NCBI RefSeq assembly: GCF_036321535.1
Contig: NC_087437.1
Location: 20,214,001 to 20,278,000, forward strand
Source: Camelus dromedarius
Lineage: Eukaryota
Length of the DNA: 64,000 bases
Direction: 5' to 3'
Within the stretch, counting starts at the first letter, position 1. Each line of letters begins with the position of its first letter. Below, one piece after another: positions 62,958-64,000 of this stretch. A model generated the notes under the pieces. That model was given only the letters and a program-made list of their open reading frames with translations, did no database searches and was not told the origin of the DNA. Position numbers and translations under genes: made by a program.

Positions 62958-63124
62958 GAGGAGAAGTCACCAAACCGCGCTTTGCTCAATTCTTCCACGG
63001 CAGCCTGGCCAGCCTCACCATCCGTCCGGGGAAAATGGACAGTCAGAAGGTGATTTCCTGCCTGCAGGCCTGCAAGGAAGGGCTGGATATCAACTCCCTG
63101 GAGAGCCTGGGCCAAGGAATAAAG
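62958..63124 (+). CDS. CLSTN2: Calsyntenin-2 internal coding exon (probably exon 10), 167 bp, phase 1 to 0
   Basis: Acceptor gtctctgtcttgtAG (AG 62956-62957); donor AAG|GTAAGG (GT 63125-63126). Translates (G)GEVTKPRFAQFFHGSLASLTIRPGKMDSQKVISCLQACKEGLDINSLESLGQGIK, in frame with the previous exon. Confidence 0.97.
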
Positions 63125-64000
63125 GTAAGGAAGGAGCCGGCATGGCCCCCAGTCAGACGTTGCTTCATGAGTCAGTGGCTGCCCAGCGCCCAGTGGCCTC
63201 CTGGCAGTGGAGTCATTTCCCGCCACGTCGCACAAGGCTGGTACCACCACACAGGTGCTGCTACAGCAGGGAGATTCGTGACTGTGACTCCACGACAGAC
63301 TTGTGCATCTCCTCAAATTCCCAGATGAAGCCCTTGTGTATAATGAGTTCAGTGCACAAAAGCAGGCACGTGCTCAGTGTCTACCTGGAGGGAGCTGTTA
63401 TATTTCATTTTTTTTCCTGGGTTGGGAGGGTGATCTGTTGTCTACTGGCCTAAAGGAATTGAAGTAGCGCCCAAGAACACATTTCACAAATACAAAAAAG
63501 TAGAATTAAAAGTTTGGACCGTGGAAAATGCTAATCAGAAAAGACCAACCCGGGGTAGGGTGGAATTAGAAAGCAGATGCGGAGGTCCCTGGGTCTGACG
63601 TGGTGACACTGAGGCACAGACTGGGCTCCAGGCAGTGTCTGCAGTCAAAGGGACTATGAGCGGATTTATTATTTTTATCATCCATGCAAAATAAAAATAT
63701 TCCAGTCATCCAAGGGAATCCAAGCTACATTTTGAGAAAAGCTCCTCTGGAGGGGGCAGGATGTGGGTGATGGCCTCATCAAGCACCTCCCTGACTGGCA
63801 GGGATGGCTCTGGCCTCACCTGGACCAAGGCCTCGGGGTCCTGAGCAAAGAGCAAGGTAAGCATCGCTGCAGCCTCCGCTCAATCATCGTGGACCCCACC
63901 GAGAACAGGCAGCCCCGAGGCCTCCTCTCTGGAAGTCAGGGCGGCCCACCCTCTGCCTCCAGGAACACTGGACAGACCCGTGAGGGTCCAGCGGCTGTGA

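Noticed and set aside
62738..63453. Overlapping 192-aa (-) and 170-aa (+) ORFs around the third exon
   Set aside because: Antisense and alternate-frame shadows of a GC-rich coding exon; only 62958-63124 has splice signals and calsyntenin identity.
1..64000. CRISPR array, operon, prophage or other prokaryotic system; processed pseudogene; snoRNA/miRNA
   Set aside because: The sequence is a spliced mammalian gene with mammalian repeats. I saw no repeat-spacer array and no polyA/TSD-bounded mRNA copy, and could not support a structured RNA without an Infernal/Rfam search.

Overview
This window is mammalian genomic DNA, not prokaryotic. It is most likely camelid: it carries two tRNA-Ala-derived Vic-1-type SINEs, and I saw no Alu, B1, Bov-tA/BovB or PRE-1 elements. 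It lies inside the calsyntenin-2 gene (CLSTN2) on the + strand. Three internal coding exons (3866-3987, 49928-50090, 62958-63124; 122, 163 and 167 bp) have canonical AG/GT ends and splice in one open frame, encoding part of the extracellular LNS/laminin-G-like region. They are separated by introns of 45,940 bp and 12,867 bp. The rest is intronic and rich in repeats: MIR, L2, old L1M, MaLR MLT1 LTRs, MER74/MER21-like LTRs, hAT MERs, and younger lineage-specific L1 fragments, SINEs and ERV solo LTRs. Almost all ORFs in the supplied track are chance ORFs. I found no CRISPR, RNA gene or novel multi-gene system. The best leads are a ~1.17 kb CpG-rich candidate betaretrovirus-like (ERV2) solo LTR, a sense-oriented ERV1 solo LTR with an intact polyA signal, a CTCF motif just upstream of the third exon, two 5'-inverted (twin-primed) L1 insertions, and a GC-box/Kozak cassette flanked by 14-bp direct repeats. 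Repeat family names come from recalled consensus sequences and need RepeatMasker/Dfam confirmation.
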